Below, one piece after another: positions 13,901 to 26,925 of a stretch of 64,000 nucleotides of DNA. This stretch comes from Octopus sinensis (Eukaryota). A program made the translations under genes and the position numbers. The notes below the pieces were generated by a model. That model saw nothing but the letters and a program-made list of their open reading frames with translations. It ran no database searches and had not been told where the DNA came from. The stretch spans positions 1 through 64,000 of the forward strand of contig NW_021835982.1 in NCBI RefSeq assembly GCF_006345805.1. The letters run 5' to 3'. Position 1 is the stretch's first letter; each line of letters opens with the position of its first letter.

Positions 13901-14793
13901 GCGCGTTCGAGTCTGTGTGGATGCATGTATGTGTACGAGAAGAACGGACAGGAGCAAGATTTTCGCAAATACTTTCTGCATAATACAACATCGTCTCCTC
14001 TCACCCTCACTCACTCACCCACACTCAACACTTACTCTCACTCCCTCTCTCTGTTCCACCCCTCCACCCCTCACTCTCTTTCACTGTCTCACTTTCACCG
14101 TCTCACTTTCCTCTCTTTATTGTTTATTTGCAATTCACCAACGTCTGGTGCAGTTTCGTTCCAGAATCTAACATTTCACCTTTTTTTCACTTTCAAAATG
14201 TAAACCTTAAGAAGTGTGAGCCAGACAGTGTGTATACGCAGATAGCTATCACACGGTGTTCTAAACAGTGAAATAGATAAGAAAGGCCACATGTGAATTG
14301 GTTTATCCTTGGAACTAAGTCAATGCATACATTTCTATTGCTGCTGTGGTGGCTGTTATTGCTGCTGCTGTTGTTGCTGCTGCTAGTGATACTGCAGTTG
14401 CTACTGCTGCTTCTGCTGCTGCTTCTGCTGCTGCTGCTGTCTCATTCACTGCCATGTTTAGCTGTCTCTTTCTGAGTGTCTATGTATGTTAGTGTGTGTC
14501 TATGTGTGTATTTCTGTTCTCTACGAAATACTATACATGAGTCGATGTTTCTGCATATATATGTATTATTGTGTGCGCGTGCATATACATGTTGATATAT
14601 ATAATATATATATATACATATACATACATACATAATATATATATATATATATAGATATATATATTTAAATATATATGTATGTATCTATCTAACAATCTAT
14701 CAGTCATAATATATTATTATACTATATATATATATATATATATATATACAGATATATATATTATATATATATATATAGATAATATATAATATA

Positions 14794-14830
<37 letters not shown>

Positions 14831-14859
14831 ATATATATAATGATAGATTGGCAGACACT

Positions 14860-15030
14860 ACACATTTTTTATCTCCTTGTTTCCCTCCTTGTTTTTTCTG
14901 TGTCCCTTTCTGTAGAAGAGCCTAGGCTCGAAACGTAAAAGACTTTTTCAATTCCTGAGCGTTATACTAATACATCTGTTTGTTTTGTACACCACCTGTC
15001 TTCGTCTTTTTTTCGTGAACTATCCCTATA
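14860..15030 (+). mobile_element. PLE-LTR-like repeat with hammerhead-like motif (family shared with 46190-46400 and 47200-47400)
   Basis: CTTT-CTGTAGAA-GAGCCTAGGCTC-GAAAC-GTA-AAAG at 14906-14941; homologous flanks recur in two other copies. Confidence 0.55.
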
Positions 15031-15208
15031 TATTTATATACATGCATATATGTATTTATTTATATAGGTATGCATATATAAGTTTAACAATTAAGGAAAA
15101 TCTCTTAATAAGGGATCTTAACAAGAAATTATCGGTAGCTAGCGTGAAAACCTCATAAAAGAAAAGAATTCGAAAATAATTTTTTTCTTTTGAACAAATT
15201 AATTATAT

Positions 15209-15394
15209 CTATATTGTATAGAGGGCATTATTACACATAAATGCCTCACACTAGGAGGGACAAAGTCATTACTACCAAAATTATACTAATCATACCCAAA
15301 TGCAGTTTTTCAAAGCAAGACATTTTGGTAGTAATGACTTTGTCCCTCCTAGTGTGAGGCATTTATGTGTAATAATGCCCTCTATACAATATAG
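15209..15394. repeat. perfect 73-bp inverted repeat with 40-bp spacer
   Basis: 15209-15281 is the exact reverse complement of 15322-15394. Confidence 0.95.
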
Positions 15395-15699
15395 GTATGC
15401 ATATATATATATATATATATATATATTCAACAATATAAGGAATGGCCATAATAGGCAATTTGACTCACTAGAAAGAGCAACCAAACTCAAACCGCTAAAT
15501 AGTTGTAATTCTGAAATTGAAAGAGAAATAAAATCATTTACCTCTTTCATCTCTGGACTATGCATAGTTTCGACAAACTTTGGTAAACAAATTAATTAAA
15601 TTAAATTAAATTTATTTACAACTGGCGTGTCTCGTCAGCAGAGAAGCCGAGGACTGTGATACGGAATGTCTATGTTCGCTATATTTCAGATATTTGCTT

Positions 15700-16073
15700 G
15701 ATGCCGATTTGCTGTTGTGGTTGTTGTCGTCGTCGTCGTCGTCGATTTTGCCCTTGTTTCTGCCTCGGATGATGATGACGATGTTATCGATGATGTCGTC
15801 GATTGCGATGATGATGATGAGAATGAGGAGGAGGAGGATATTTACCCAGATGATTAATGTTTATCATAATGATGATGATAATGATGGTGAAGATGGGGAG
15901 GGCGGTGATGATGATTACCACGATGAAGATGATCCCGATGCTGTTGCTACTGCTGCTGATGATGATGATGCAGAGGAGGAGGACGATGAGGAGAAGGGGA
16001 AGGGCAGGAAAACGAGAAGGAGGAGGATAACCGTGGTGATAATGCTTGTCATATGTCGATGATGGTGATGATT

Positions 16074-16104
<31 letters not shown>

Positions 16105-16600
16105 CGACGATGATGATGATGACGATGATGATGACGACGATGACGATAATGATGATGATGAAGGGGAGGACAAAGATCAGGAACAGGACAGTGAGAATGA
16201 TGAATGATGATTAATGGTGACTGATGATTAAAAGGAGGTCGATGGCTAAATATGCTGATGATGAAGGTCATTATGGCTGTTACTGATCTGTTGATGTTTA
16301 TCATGGCTTTATATTTATATATCTTTTTTTGCGACTGGTCTAAACGATGCCATTTAAGTTCACCGTATTTATTGTTGTTGTTGTTGTTTGTGTGTTTATT
16401 CGTTTCTTGTTGTTGCTGCTGTTGTTGTTGTCTGGCCATCCTTGTTCATATTTACAAAAGGTTCGTCTGTTGTTTCAGCTACTATTACCTAATTTGACAT
16501 TACGTTTTTGTCATAGCTGCTGCTAATGATGATGATTATGATGATGATGATGATCATCATCATCATCATGGAGGACGATTACGACGGCGATGATGATGAT
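15700..16600. repeat. compound trinucleotide low-complexity tract (GAT/GAG/TGT/CAT)
   Basis: Direct reading; produces spurious poly-D/H/M ORFs. Confidence 0.9.
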
Positions 16601-17065
16601 GATAAACATGGTGGTCCTCTCGGTGGTAGTGGTTGGTGGTAGAATCTACAAAATTCGCTGCTGCAGTAATTACCGAACCTCTTGTAGTCTCGTCGTATAT
16701 ATATATGTGTGTGGGGTGTATGTGCGTGTGTTCATGCGTGTATGTGAGTATATATATATGTACATGTGTGCATATATATGCATTTAAATTTATTAACATA
16801 TATAGATATATACACACACACCCACATATGTATAATATATGGTATGTATGCATGCATACACACATTTATATATATATACATATGCATATATATATATACA
16901 TACATATATATATACATATATATACATATATACACACATATATATACATATATATACACACACATATATATACATATATATATATACACACATTAAAATT
17001 TATATATATATGCATTTAATCATTGATATATATATGTGTGTGTGTGTGCGCGCGTATAAAATATA

Positions 17066-17104
<39 letters not shown>

Positions 17105-18208
17105 GACCCTATATACGAACATAGTTGTATGTATGTATGTATGTATGTATGTACGTATATATGTATGTACGTATGTATGCATGTATGTATGCATGTATGT
17201 ATGTATGTATTAGTGTATTTCTTTTAGTGTCTGTCCATCTATGGGGTCTATTTAACTATTTAATGCCCGTTCTGTTTGTTATTTTAGTGCGCAGAAGCAT
17301 CGGTTTTCTCAGGAGGAAGTCATTATATGGTCATTCCTTATTTTATTTCTTTTGTTTTCTAAAACTCGAAACCCTAACCTGTCTGATAATTTTCGTTGAA
17401 CAATTATTAAGTCATAATTAATTTATTCCACACCAATAGCGCAATAATTATGCTACACTTACGATTGTTTACTATCATTGTTTTTCGAAGACGCAGGTGA
17501 GTGTCTTAAAATTAGCGTAATAAACTCCATCGTATCTAGCACCACCGTGACACAACGGATGCCGGATAATTGAATTTTGCGTATGGTGATGAAGATCAGT
17601 ATTATGGTGATGATTACTATGTTGATGATGACTATGAGGAAGAGGAGGAGGGGGAGAAGAAATAGGAGAAGAAAGAGGAGAATCTTTCAATTATTGTCAC
17701 TACCAATTGTCATAGTACCGCTTCACCGGGAGTTTACAGGAATTCTAGATGTGTATGTTGCTTTCTACAATAAAAGAGTAATTTACCGTATTTTCTGTTT
17801 CGGTCTGTGTGTGTGTGTGTGTGTGTGTTCTCTAGAATTTATATTTGCAAAATCAAAACCTGTCTTCTAACGTGGCGGGAAAATTCGTCATAAGCATAGG
17901 AAATTTCGCCATGAAAGAAGCACACAGGCAGGCTACAAACTAGATAAGTCATTTTAAAGAAATTACTTTTCCCTAATTGGGATGTTAGTTTACAATGTTT
18001 AAGCAAACAGCTATTTTTATTTTTATTTTCATTTTTTGGCGACTCCCTTTTCTCTCTTTTGTTTTTTGTGATTCTCTTCTCACCCTTTTTAAAATTTTTT
18101 TTGGGTTGCCATTTATATTTTTACGGTGAATTTTCCTACGGCAAAAATGTTTATGGCTAAATTTCTTAAAACCGTCTTTCAAGAGGTAGTGTCTACTATG
18201 CTTCTGGT

Positions 18209-18654
18209 TGGCTTCCAGAGGAGAAGAGTAGAAATTACTTCTTTTTCAGCTCTACAACAAAGTCCAGCAAACTGGACTCTCCTACCTTTCACAAGAGATG
18301 ACACAGGTAGTAGTTTCCCATATATTTGCATTTTGGTTGGATGGCGCTTCCACGAGAGATTTTGAGCTCTCATAAGGAGGCGAGTGTAGGTTCCATCCAA
18401 CCACCTCTCAAGCTTCTTTGATAACGTCCAGATTTCTGAGCCATATAGTAGAATTGGTTCGACTGTGGCTTTGAATATTTCAAGCCATCTACTCGCAATA
18501 CCAGAGGGCGCACACTCTCCTACCCTGATGTAATCTCCAGGGATACAGGCATCCAGCAACAGGACCTCCGTAATGCCATGATGGACCGTGAAGTCTGGCG
18601 TAGCATGGTAAATTCAATTGTCTCGACCATGGTCGAACAATGATGATGATGATG
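18209..18654 (+). mobile_element. RTE-clade LINE 3' fragment with inverted 5' segment and 11-bp TSD
   Basis: Minus segment 18209-18481 encodes IFKATVEPILLYGSEIW...LLLWKP. Plus segment 18482-18654 continues KPSTRNTRGRTLSYPDVISRDTG...DREVWRSMV and ends in a (TGA)n tail. TSD ATGCTTCTGGT at 18198-18208 and 18655-18665. Confidence 0.9.
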
Positions 18655-19266
18655 ATGCTTCTGGTCAAACATATCATGTAATGTAAGAGGGGTGGACTCT
18701 TCGTTAGTCAAACTCCATCATTTTTTTAAATTCTAATATTCCCTTTTCAAGAGTGGAGACGATGCCCTTGACACGACACAGTGTTTTCGAAACAGGTGAG
18801 ATAAAAGGAGGCGGGAAGGTAACGTGAAACCGTACAGCAAAGAGGGTCAACAACCACACACATACATATACACACACACACTATACATACACACACACAC
18901 GCACAAACATATACATATGTGTATATACATATAGATACTACATATACACACACACGCACAAACATATACATATGTATATATATACATATACATACTACAT
19001 ACACAAACACGCATCAGAAGTTGAAAATGAACTTAGAGTCTTTCAGATGGTTTGTTTTTGAAACGGTTTCATAGAATTTTCTGATTTTCAATAGTTAAGT
19101 GCGATAAAAATGACGTAGGACTCTGCCGCAACTGTTTGGGATAAGATAACTTTCACTCTTACACACACACCACACACACACAACATATATATATAATATA
19201 TATTATATATATATCTTATATATATATAATACATTGAAAGTTCAATCCTTTATATATATACATATA

Positions 19267-19647
19267 TCTCTCTCTATATAAACGGCAGTTTGTCTGTGTG
19301 TGTTTCTGTGTCTCTGTTTGGTTGTACCCTCACCCTGACCACGGCTTTCAACCGATTCTGATGAAACTTGACACACACATAGCCCAATGTCATAATTCAA
19401 AACTAACGCAGCGAAAATTTTGAAAAGTTCCCCCAGTTCTGAAAAAAATCGATAAATTCGACATGGGGTCGAGAATCAGAAACACAAACCACAGACTGTC
19501 TAGGGGACGCAACTCGACCTTTTTAACTCTCAAAAAAAAATTTACCATTTTTTTTCCATTTTTTCCTATTTTTTGGCTATAACTCTCTAAAAATGCTTTA
19601 TAGTTATTTCCCTTACAAACCTGAGCAACGCCGGGCGATACTGCTAG
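19267..19647 (+). mobile_element. non-autonomous Helitron
   Basis: A|TC 5' end (TCTCTCTCTATATAAACGGCAG), 3' hairpin-like CCTGAGCAACGCCGGG, spacer, CTAG|T. Confidence 0.8.
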
Positions 19648-20679
19648 TATATATATATATGAGGGCATGTGCGCGCGCGTGTAGGTACGAATGTGTACGT
19701 TTGTGTTATAAGTGGAGTTTTTACGTAATAAATAGAAAATGAAATATAACTCCTTTATTAAAGACTAAATCTACAATTCTAACATTGCTTAACTGCATTT
19801 CTTTTGGAAAATATTACACAATGAATATGTAAAGATTTGCTAATAAACTTTGTTAATGGTGTGGACAACGCACCAGCGTTCTTGATTCCTTTCCACATTT
19901 GAACTTTTCAGTTCGCATTCATTCGGATTTCGCTTTCTTTTATGCACGCTATTTTTATTTAACTGTGACTAAGTTGCGATTAAGAGGAAAGGGGCGAAAC
20001 GCGATAGAAAGATAACATTCAGGGAAAGCCTGCTTCTATTCACCAAAACTAAGTTCTTCAATTGAACCAATATATAACAAAATTAGGTTAATTTCTATTT
20101 ACGTTTAATTTCGATTGCGAATCTTTGTGCGTGTTTATGACCGCAATTTGTAAAGGTACAAAATCCTTTCAAATTAAGTATATGGTAACAGTTAGGAACA
20201 CTAGTTCAATAGAATATCAGAATAATTAAAATATTCGATAACAATTAATATGATACGTGCGAATGATTTTCAAAAGCCTAAAGAGGGCGAAATATAGGGG
20301 AGTTCGAAAAGAAACTCACATATATTTACGACCTTACACACGCAAAGAATTATGTATTTACTAATAAATAAAACCAGTGAGGCATGTATATTTATTTGTT
20401 TGTTTGTTGTTGCTGTTGTTGCTTGTAAATCTGACGAAGGTGGCTTTGAGCCAGAGCCTTTCTTAAACAGCCGGTTAAGTATAACAGTGAGTAATTAGGC
20501 TAATGTGCTGCTTATATTATAGAAACTGATAGGCCAAAATAACTTAGACAATGAGTTCGCGACAGGTTGTAATTCTGGAGTGAAAAGCTTTAGGGAAGTC
20601 GCTATTGCAGCAGTTATTGGTGTTGTTGTCTTTGTTGTTGCTGTAATATCATTGATGTTGTTTTTCCTATTTCATTCTT

Positions 20680-21442
20680 TTCTACTCGAGACACAAGGCC
20701 CTAAATTTCGGGAAATGGGGCCAGTTAATTCGATCGACCTCAGTACGCAAGTGGTACTTAATTTATCGACCCCGAAAGGATGAAAGACAAAGTCGACCTC
20801 GGCGGAATTTGAACTCAGAACGTAGACAGATGAAATACCTACTTCTTTACTGCCCACAAGGGGATACATACAGAGGGGACAAACAAAAACAGACAAACGG
20901 ATTAAGTAGATTATATCGACCCCAGTGCGTAACTGGTACTTATTTAATCGACCCCAAAAGGATGAAAGACAACGTTCACCTCGGCGGAATTTGAACTCAG
21001 AACGTAGACAGGCGAAATACCGGTTTCTATATTACCCACAAAGGGCTAAACATAGATGGGACAAACAAGGACAGACAAGCGGATTAAGTCGATTACATCG
21101 ACCCCAGTGTGTAACTGGTACTTAATTTATCGACCCCGAAAGGATGAAAGGCAAAGTCGACCTCGGCGGCATTTGAGCTCAGAACGTAACGGTAGACGAA
21201 ATACCTATTTCTATTTCTTTACTACCCACAAGGGGCTAAACACAGAGGGGACTAACAAGGACAGACAAACGGATTAAGTCGATTATATCGATCCCAGTGC
21301 GTAACTGGTACTTAATTTATCGACCCCGAAAGGATGAAAGGCAAAGTCGACCTCGGCGGAATTTGAACTCAGAACGTAATGGCAGACAAAATACCGCTAA
21401 GCATTTTCCTCTAGCGTGCTAATTTTCTGCCAACTCGACGCC
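20680..21442 (-). mobile_element. tandem multimer (4 units) of Meta-like SINE family C
   Basis: Units of about 180 bp containing GCCTTTCATCCTTTCGGGGTCGATAAATTAAGTACCAG; junctions at about 20838, 21020 and 21204; a single head at the 21442 end. Confidence 0.85.
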
Positions 21443-21712
21443 TTTTTTTTTGCTCTTCAATTCTAAATCAACACTGAACGAGCAGCAGACTTGTACTGAA
21501 AGGTATTCCAGCCGTGAACTTCCATCTCATTAAATGTAATCAAGCCCCAATGAAAGTGTTTGCTGCATTTTGCTTTCGTATCCTTTTTAAAGAGGTTGGC
21601 ACTTGATTTGAGGGAAGGAGGTATTCGGTTGCTGGTGTTAGCAGGTCGATCAAGCACAAAGGGATCTCTTTTTTACATTTATAGAGAAGTTTAGGAGGAT
21701 GAGCTGTTCTAG

Positions 21713-21746
21713 TTGTTGCTGTTCTTGTTCTTCTTCTTCTTCACTA

Positions 21747-21835
<89 letters not shown>

Positions 21836-21975
21836 GTATTACTGCTACCTCTTCGTCTTCTACAACAACTACTTCATCATCAATTACTACTACTACTATT
21901 ACTGCTATTGCTACTGCAACTCCTACTACTTCCTTTTCTTCCTTTTCTTCTTCTTCTTCTACTACTACTGCTTTT
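21713..21975. repeat. compound (CTA)n/(TAA)n/(CTT)n microsatellite
   Basis: Direct reading. Confidence 0.93.
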
Positions 21976-22779
21976 TATTCAACATCACTCCCTGGTCAGC
22001 CATTGTCTTTATATGCGTTATCCATTCTTCAATCACAAACAGGACTACCAAATTAATCCGTTTAGCATCCTCAACTGTAACAGTTAGTATAAATCAACCG
22101 GGGAAACAAACGCCTTCTACATCAATCAAATAATTTGAAACTAGTTCATAGCTGGTTCTTCATTAAATGGTCCCCGACAAAAATTTGAAAAGTAAAGCTG
22201 ACGGCGGCGGAGTTTGAACTCAGTATCTGAAGGTCCAGGCAGAACCAAAAACTCCAGAAACCGAAACTATCAATTTGCCTGCATGTAGGACTAGTATACG
22301 AATATCAGACCGAGAAGAAAAAAAAAGAGGCGTAGTGAGAGATGCTTGTGTTGAGTGAGAGCGATTTAGGCGCAGATGGTATATAGTTAGCGCCTTCCAA
22401 TGCCATTAAAATAACAATATAGTCAAGCTTGAAGAGATATAATTACTATATAGTATATTAATTAATATATTTATTAGTTATGTATACAATGATGTTTATT
22501 TTATGTGATATCACTGATAAGGTTCAATGTAAACCTTATTATTTCAAAACATGGTTGCCTGAGATGCTGCGACAATTATAAATGGTTTTACAATTGATAA
22601 CTTTTTTTAGTACCAAGGAAAGAAAAAAACCATCTCATACATCCGCATACACATATATGCATGCACGCACACACATCTTCGCCTTCTACTGATACAAACG
22701 CACGTACATATTCACACACACACACACACGCATAAAAAGTACAAGCGTGTGTGTGAGCATGTGCCTTTTTATCTTTCAT

Positions 22780-22979
22780 TTGTATCAGTCATTAGACTGC
22801 TGCCATGTTGGGGCACCGCCTTGAATTTTTACTCGGATGAATTGGCCCCCATTACGTTTTTTTAAGTTGCTACTTATTCTAGCGCACTGTTTTGGCGATC
22901 CGGTATATTACGGGACCATAAACACATGAACCCCGGTTGTCAACTGGTGATGGAAGATAAGCACTGACACAAAGACACA

Positions 22980-22980
<1 letters not shown>
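22780..22980 (-). mobile_element. SINE family B, diverged 3' fragment
   Basis: Reverse complement of the tail (CAGTCATTAGACTGCTGCCATGTTGGGGCACCGCC). Confidence 0.7.
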
Positions 22981-23027
<47 letters not shown>

Positions 23028-23135
23028 TATATATATATATATATATAATAAGAGTAGATCGTATACGAGTGGGTATATATTTGTAAAAGGAAGTTTGAAA
23101 ACGCCACTATATTAGATAAATTTTAATTTTCTTAT

Positions 23136-23183
23136 GAATTTTACATGTTTCGGTTCTTGAAAAAACGAACCTTCTCAAAAATA
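23136..23183 (-). ncRNA. degenerate minimal hammerhead-like motif
   Basis: ATTT-TTGAGAA-GGTTC..GAACC-GAAAC-AT-GTA-AAAT: perfect 5-bp stem II and palindromic ACATGT stem III, but the core deviates from CTGANGA. Confidence 0.4.
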
Positions 23184-23440
23184 TTATAAAAAGTGTAATG
23201 GAAAAGTTCATAATCGTTTCTTACTGGTCTCAATAGAATCCATATATATATATAAGAACAAAACACGGATCAAAAATTTCACAACAGTTATATCGGTAGT
23301 ATGTTATTGGTGCATTCTTAGATTACATCATGACAATGGTAAAAAAAACAACATAAATTGATAAACATTAAATAAACAGGTTAGGTAGAAAAATAAGATG
23401 AGCAGTCCACTAACTGCCATCGTGAAACAAGTAACTCACC

Positions 23441-23518
<78 letters not shown>

Positions 23519-23704
23519 ATATATATATATTATATATATTATATATATATATAATATATATATATATAAATATATGTTTATACATATATATTAAATGGAA
23601 TAGAGAAATACACTTGATAAACTAACAATTTTTTCTTTATGTTATATTATATTATATTATATATAAGTATACTATATTTTTATAGTATTTTATATTGTGT
23701 TATA

Positions 23705-24306
23705 ATACCCACTGCTGCCCACTGTGGTCTCCCCATACAAGACAAAACATCTCCAGAATTGAGTCACCCCAGAGGGCACTCACTAAACGAATTGAAGAAA
23801 TGGCTGCCCTCGTTTATTGGGAACACCTTAAAGCCTTGAAACTTTACTCTCTCCAGTGTCGCCGTGAGCGGTACATCATTTGTACGATGTGGAGAATATA
23901 CCGCCAACTTTCCCCAAACGACCTGAACATTAGCTTCAAGGTTCATCCAAGACTGGGACCACGGGCCATAAGTCCCCTGCCCAATTCAAGATCACAGCAT
24001 ACATGTACACTGCAACATAATTTCTTCTCCTCAACAGGCCCTGCCCTATTTAACATTGTCCCGAAAGAGATCGAAGAGGAAAAGGATCCCATCAACTTTA
24101 AACGGAGTCTGGATAGATCCCTTCAAAGAATACCACATAAGCCACCCATAATTGGATACAACTCACCCAACAAGAACTCACTACTTGAATGGACCATAAA
24201 CAAAACTTGACTTAAACAGGATTCGAATAATCCTATCAGGTGGTGCTATTAAGTTAGACATGGCCTGGACCAATCTTTGGTCGAAACATATCTAAGTTTA
24301 TCTAAG
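23705..24306 (+). mobile_element. CR1-group LINE 3' fragment (same family as 4100-6496)
   Basis: ORF 23695-24210 (CCPLWSPH...LYSLQCRRERYII...HPRLGPRAI) and a shared 3' UTR. Confidence 0.9.
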
Positions 24307-25511
24307 TAATGTAAATGAATTGTTAGTTTGTCAATTGTATTTCTCTAGTTCATATGATATAACGTAATGTGTAATTCTCTTTAAATTGGGGTGTTATTTA
24401 AATGAGAAGTGTCTACGTATTCTAACGGCTTGAGGGAACCATCATTAGGATAAATGCCATACACTGAGACGAGATGCCACCAATTTATGGAGTTATAAAT
24501 ACTACCGAATTTCATTGAGAACACTGAATTGAGAAAGAGAACTTCTTGGTGATTTCATGAAAGATACAACCATACCATTTTATCTCGTGATAAAATTTGC
24601 TTTTGAATTTCCGGAACATTTACTATTCATTCAGTAAAAAAAATAAGAGTAAAATTGATTAGCAAATTATTTAATTTAACGAAAGGGAACTCGAATGAAT
24701 TTTCCTAACTGATATCCTGACGCACATAAATCTTTTAAGTTCTGTTTATTGCAGGGAGCGACTTTTTTTTTCAATATTCAGTGTTCTTCTTTGACCTCTT
24801 GTGACAATTCTTCTAGAATTGCAGGTGATTAGAACAATGAGTATAGTAATAGCACTTCTCTGCGAAAGGAAAGTAGTAAATAACAAAATGGGCATCTTTC
24901 AATTTTAAAGTAGTTCTGAAAGAAGTTCCTTGAAAATCTTAATCTTTATTTACCGGAAACAATTCTCACGGTCGAAGGAAGGCTTTTAAACATGAAATAA
25001 TTTAATCTTGATTGATCGGAATCTTATTCCTGTATATTAAATGAGGCATAATGATGTAATAATGTGTAATAGATGAAAAGAAAGTACTACGGTAATGAAT
25101 AAGAATACTAATTTCCTTAATTTTTATTATGGTAATATCCTGAAATACGAGGTCTTTAAATGATAGAAGCAGCCCTTGAATACTTTCCTTCCAATTCTAC
25201 ATAGAATCTAGGACGAATTAAATTAATATTCAACAACTATTATATATGAATTCACCAAAGGCAGGATATCCATTAGTTCTTAAGGCACCACTTGAAGTCT
25301 TAATTGAAAAGTAAAAGTTTGTTAATTAGCATTTGAAATCTTTGATCAAATCAACTTATTGAATGTCTCCAGTCTGGAAGCGAAATTCACTGGATATATT
25401 TATTAAGTTACCGCTGAAAATAACAAAGTTTCATGTCTACGTTCCTTATACGCCATAATGAATTTGTTTGTGTCCATATCTGTTTAGAATCATTTGTGTT
25501 CTGTCATTCAG

Positions 25512-25643
25512 ATATGTTAAACCCCTTGCCCAGGGAACCATCATCGAAACGGCCATAAGAAAAGCATCATCTTTCTTATTTCATTTGCCGAGTCTGAAGG
25601 AAGAGGCGCATCTCGAGAATGTTTGGCCACCCCATCGAAATAG
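25512..25643 (+). other. possible isolated coding exon (unverified)
   Basis: TTCAG acceptor, AG|GTGCGT donor, 132 nt, open symmetric frame YVKPLAQGTIIETAIRKASSFLFHLPSLKEEAHLENVWPPHRN. No recognisable homology. Confidence 0.15.
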
Positions 25644-26712
25644 GTGCGTTTGATGCCGTTAATGTCCTATTTAAACAGTAGCAGGTAATTTCTAGCCAGA
25701 AAGACACAACTGGGAGAAAAGAAAGGGGAAATTATATACCGTTGATGGGAGCCTAAAGAGAAGGGCTAATTATTGGGATGTGGTCCTAGCTATGACAAGG
25801 ACGTGCATTGAGAGAAAAAAAGGTCGTCAGTGATAGTGAAGCCCAACATTTGAAGCGACTATGAAAGTACCAACAATCTGGATCTCATCTCCAGAGGGGC
25901 TGTGGTGATGCAGTAGTGATTTCCTGATATGATTTATTCAAATCATTGTAAAAAAAATTTAGAAACTAAACAACTAATTAATTTAACATTCACCTCAACG
26001 ATTTCTAACGCTGTCAAAGACTTAAATCATTGTAAAGACAAAGTATAAGCAACTGAATCTCCATTTATTGCATTTACAGTGTACACTTGCTCAGTGAATC
26101 TCTGGAAAGGTACAGTAGACACAAGCTAGACAATATTCCAAGGTACATAATTAGATTACACTGAAGGCATTTAACCCAGTGCTATGCAGGCTCCCCAACG
26201 ATTTCTCTCACTTTATTACCTTTAACAGCTCACCTTTTAAAATAATATGAAATCAATTTTCATCATTAGACGACATACAGCTAAAAATGGTGATCAATAT
26301 TTTATAGACTGCTAAGGCGGCGACCTGGCAAAGTCGTTAACACGCCGGACAAAATGCTTAGGACATTTCATCCGTCATATTGAATATTCCTTCTTTCCCA
26401 TACCGCTTGAAATAGTGTCCAGCTATTATTATTATTATTATTATTAAGATGACGAGTAGCTTTCTGGGATTTTGGGGGGCTTTTGGGTTTTTTTACGTCA
26501 ATTGTTGATTTCTGTGAAGTGTCATGTTGTTTCCCATAGACATAAAAACCCCGGCATTCCGTTCATTCTGATGAAAACTTCATTTTTGCAATAAACGAAG
26601 AATCTTCAATATGGCCGCTAGACCTACTTGAAATAACAACAAAGTCGCTCTCAAGACATTCTAAGATCTTTTTTGTTTTAAATAAACCTATCATCTATTA
26701 CATCTAGAATGC

Positions 26713-26925
26713 GGCGGCGAGGTAGCAGACTCGTTAGCACACCGGCCAAAAAACTTAGCAACATTTCGTTCTTCTTTACGCTCTGACTTCAAATTCTGTC
26801 GAGGTTGACTTTGCCTTTCATCCTTTCGAGGTCGATAAAATAAGTGTCACTAGAGCACTTGGATTGATGTTAACGACTTACTCTAGCTATGAAATTGCTG
26901 GCATTGTACCAAAATTTGGATTTAG
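26713..26925 (+). mobile_element. Meta-like SINE family C monomer (tail 2), diverged
   Basis: GGCGGCGAGGTAGCAGACTCGTTAGCAC head and GCCTTTCATCCTTTCGAGGTCGATAAA core. Confidence 0.75.

Noticed and set aside
15694-16497. Poly-Asp/His/Met/Gln ORFs on both strands
   Set aside because: Compound trinucleotide repeats with no domain content or splice support.
20680-21442. CRISPR-like repeat/spacer appearance
   Set aside because: The units are near-complete repeats of a SINE body, there are no unique spacers or cas genes, and the context is eukaryotic.
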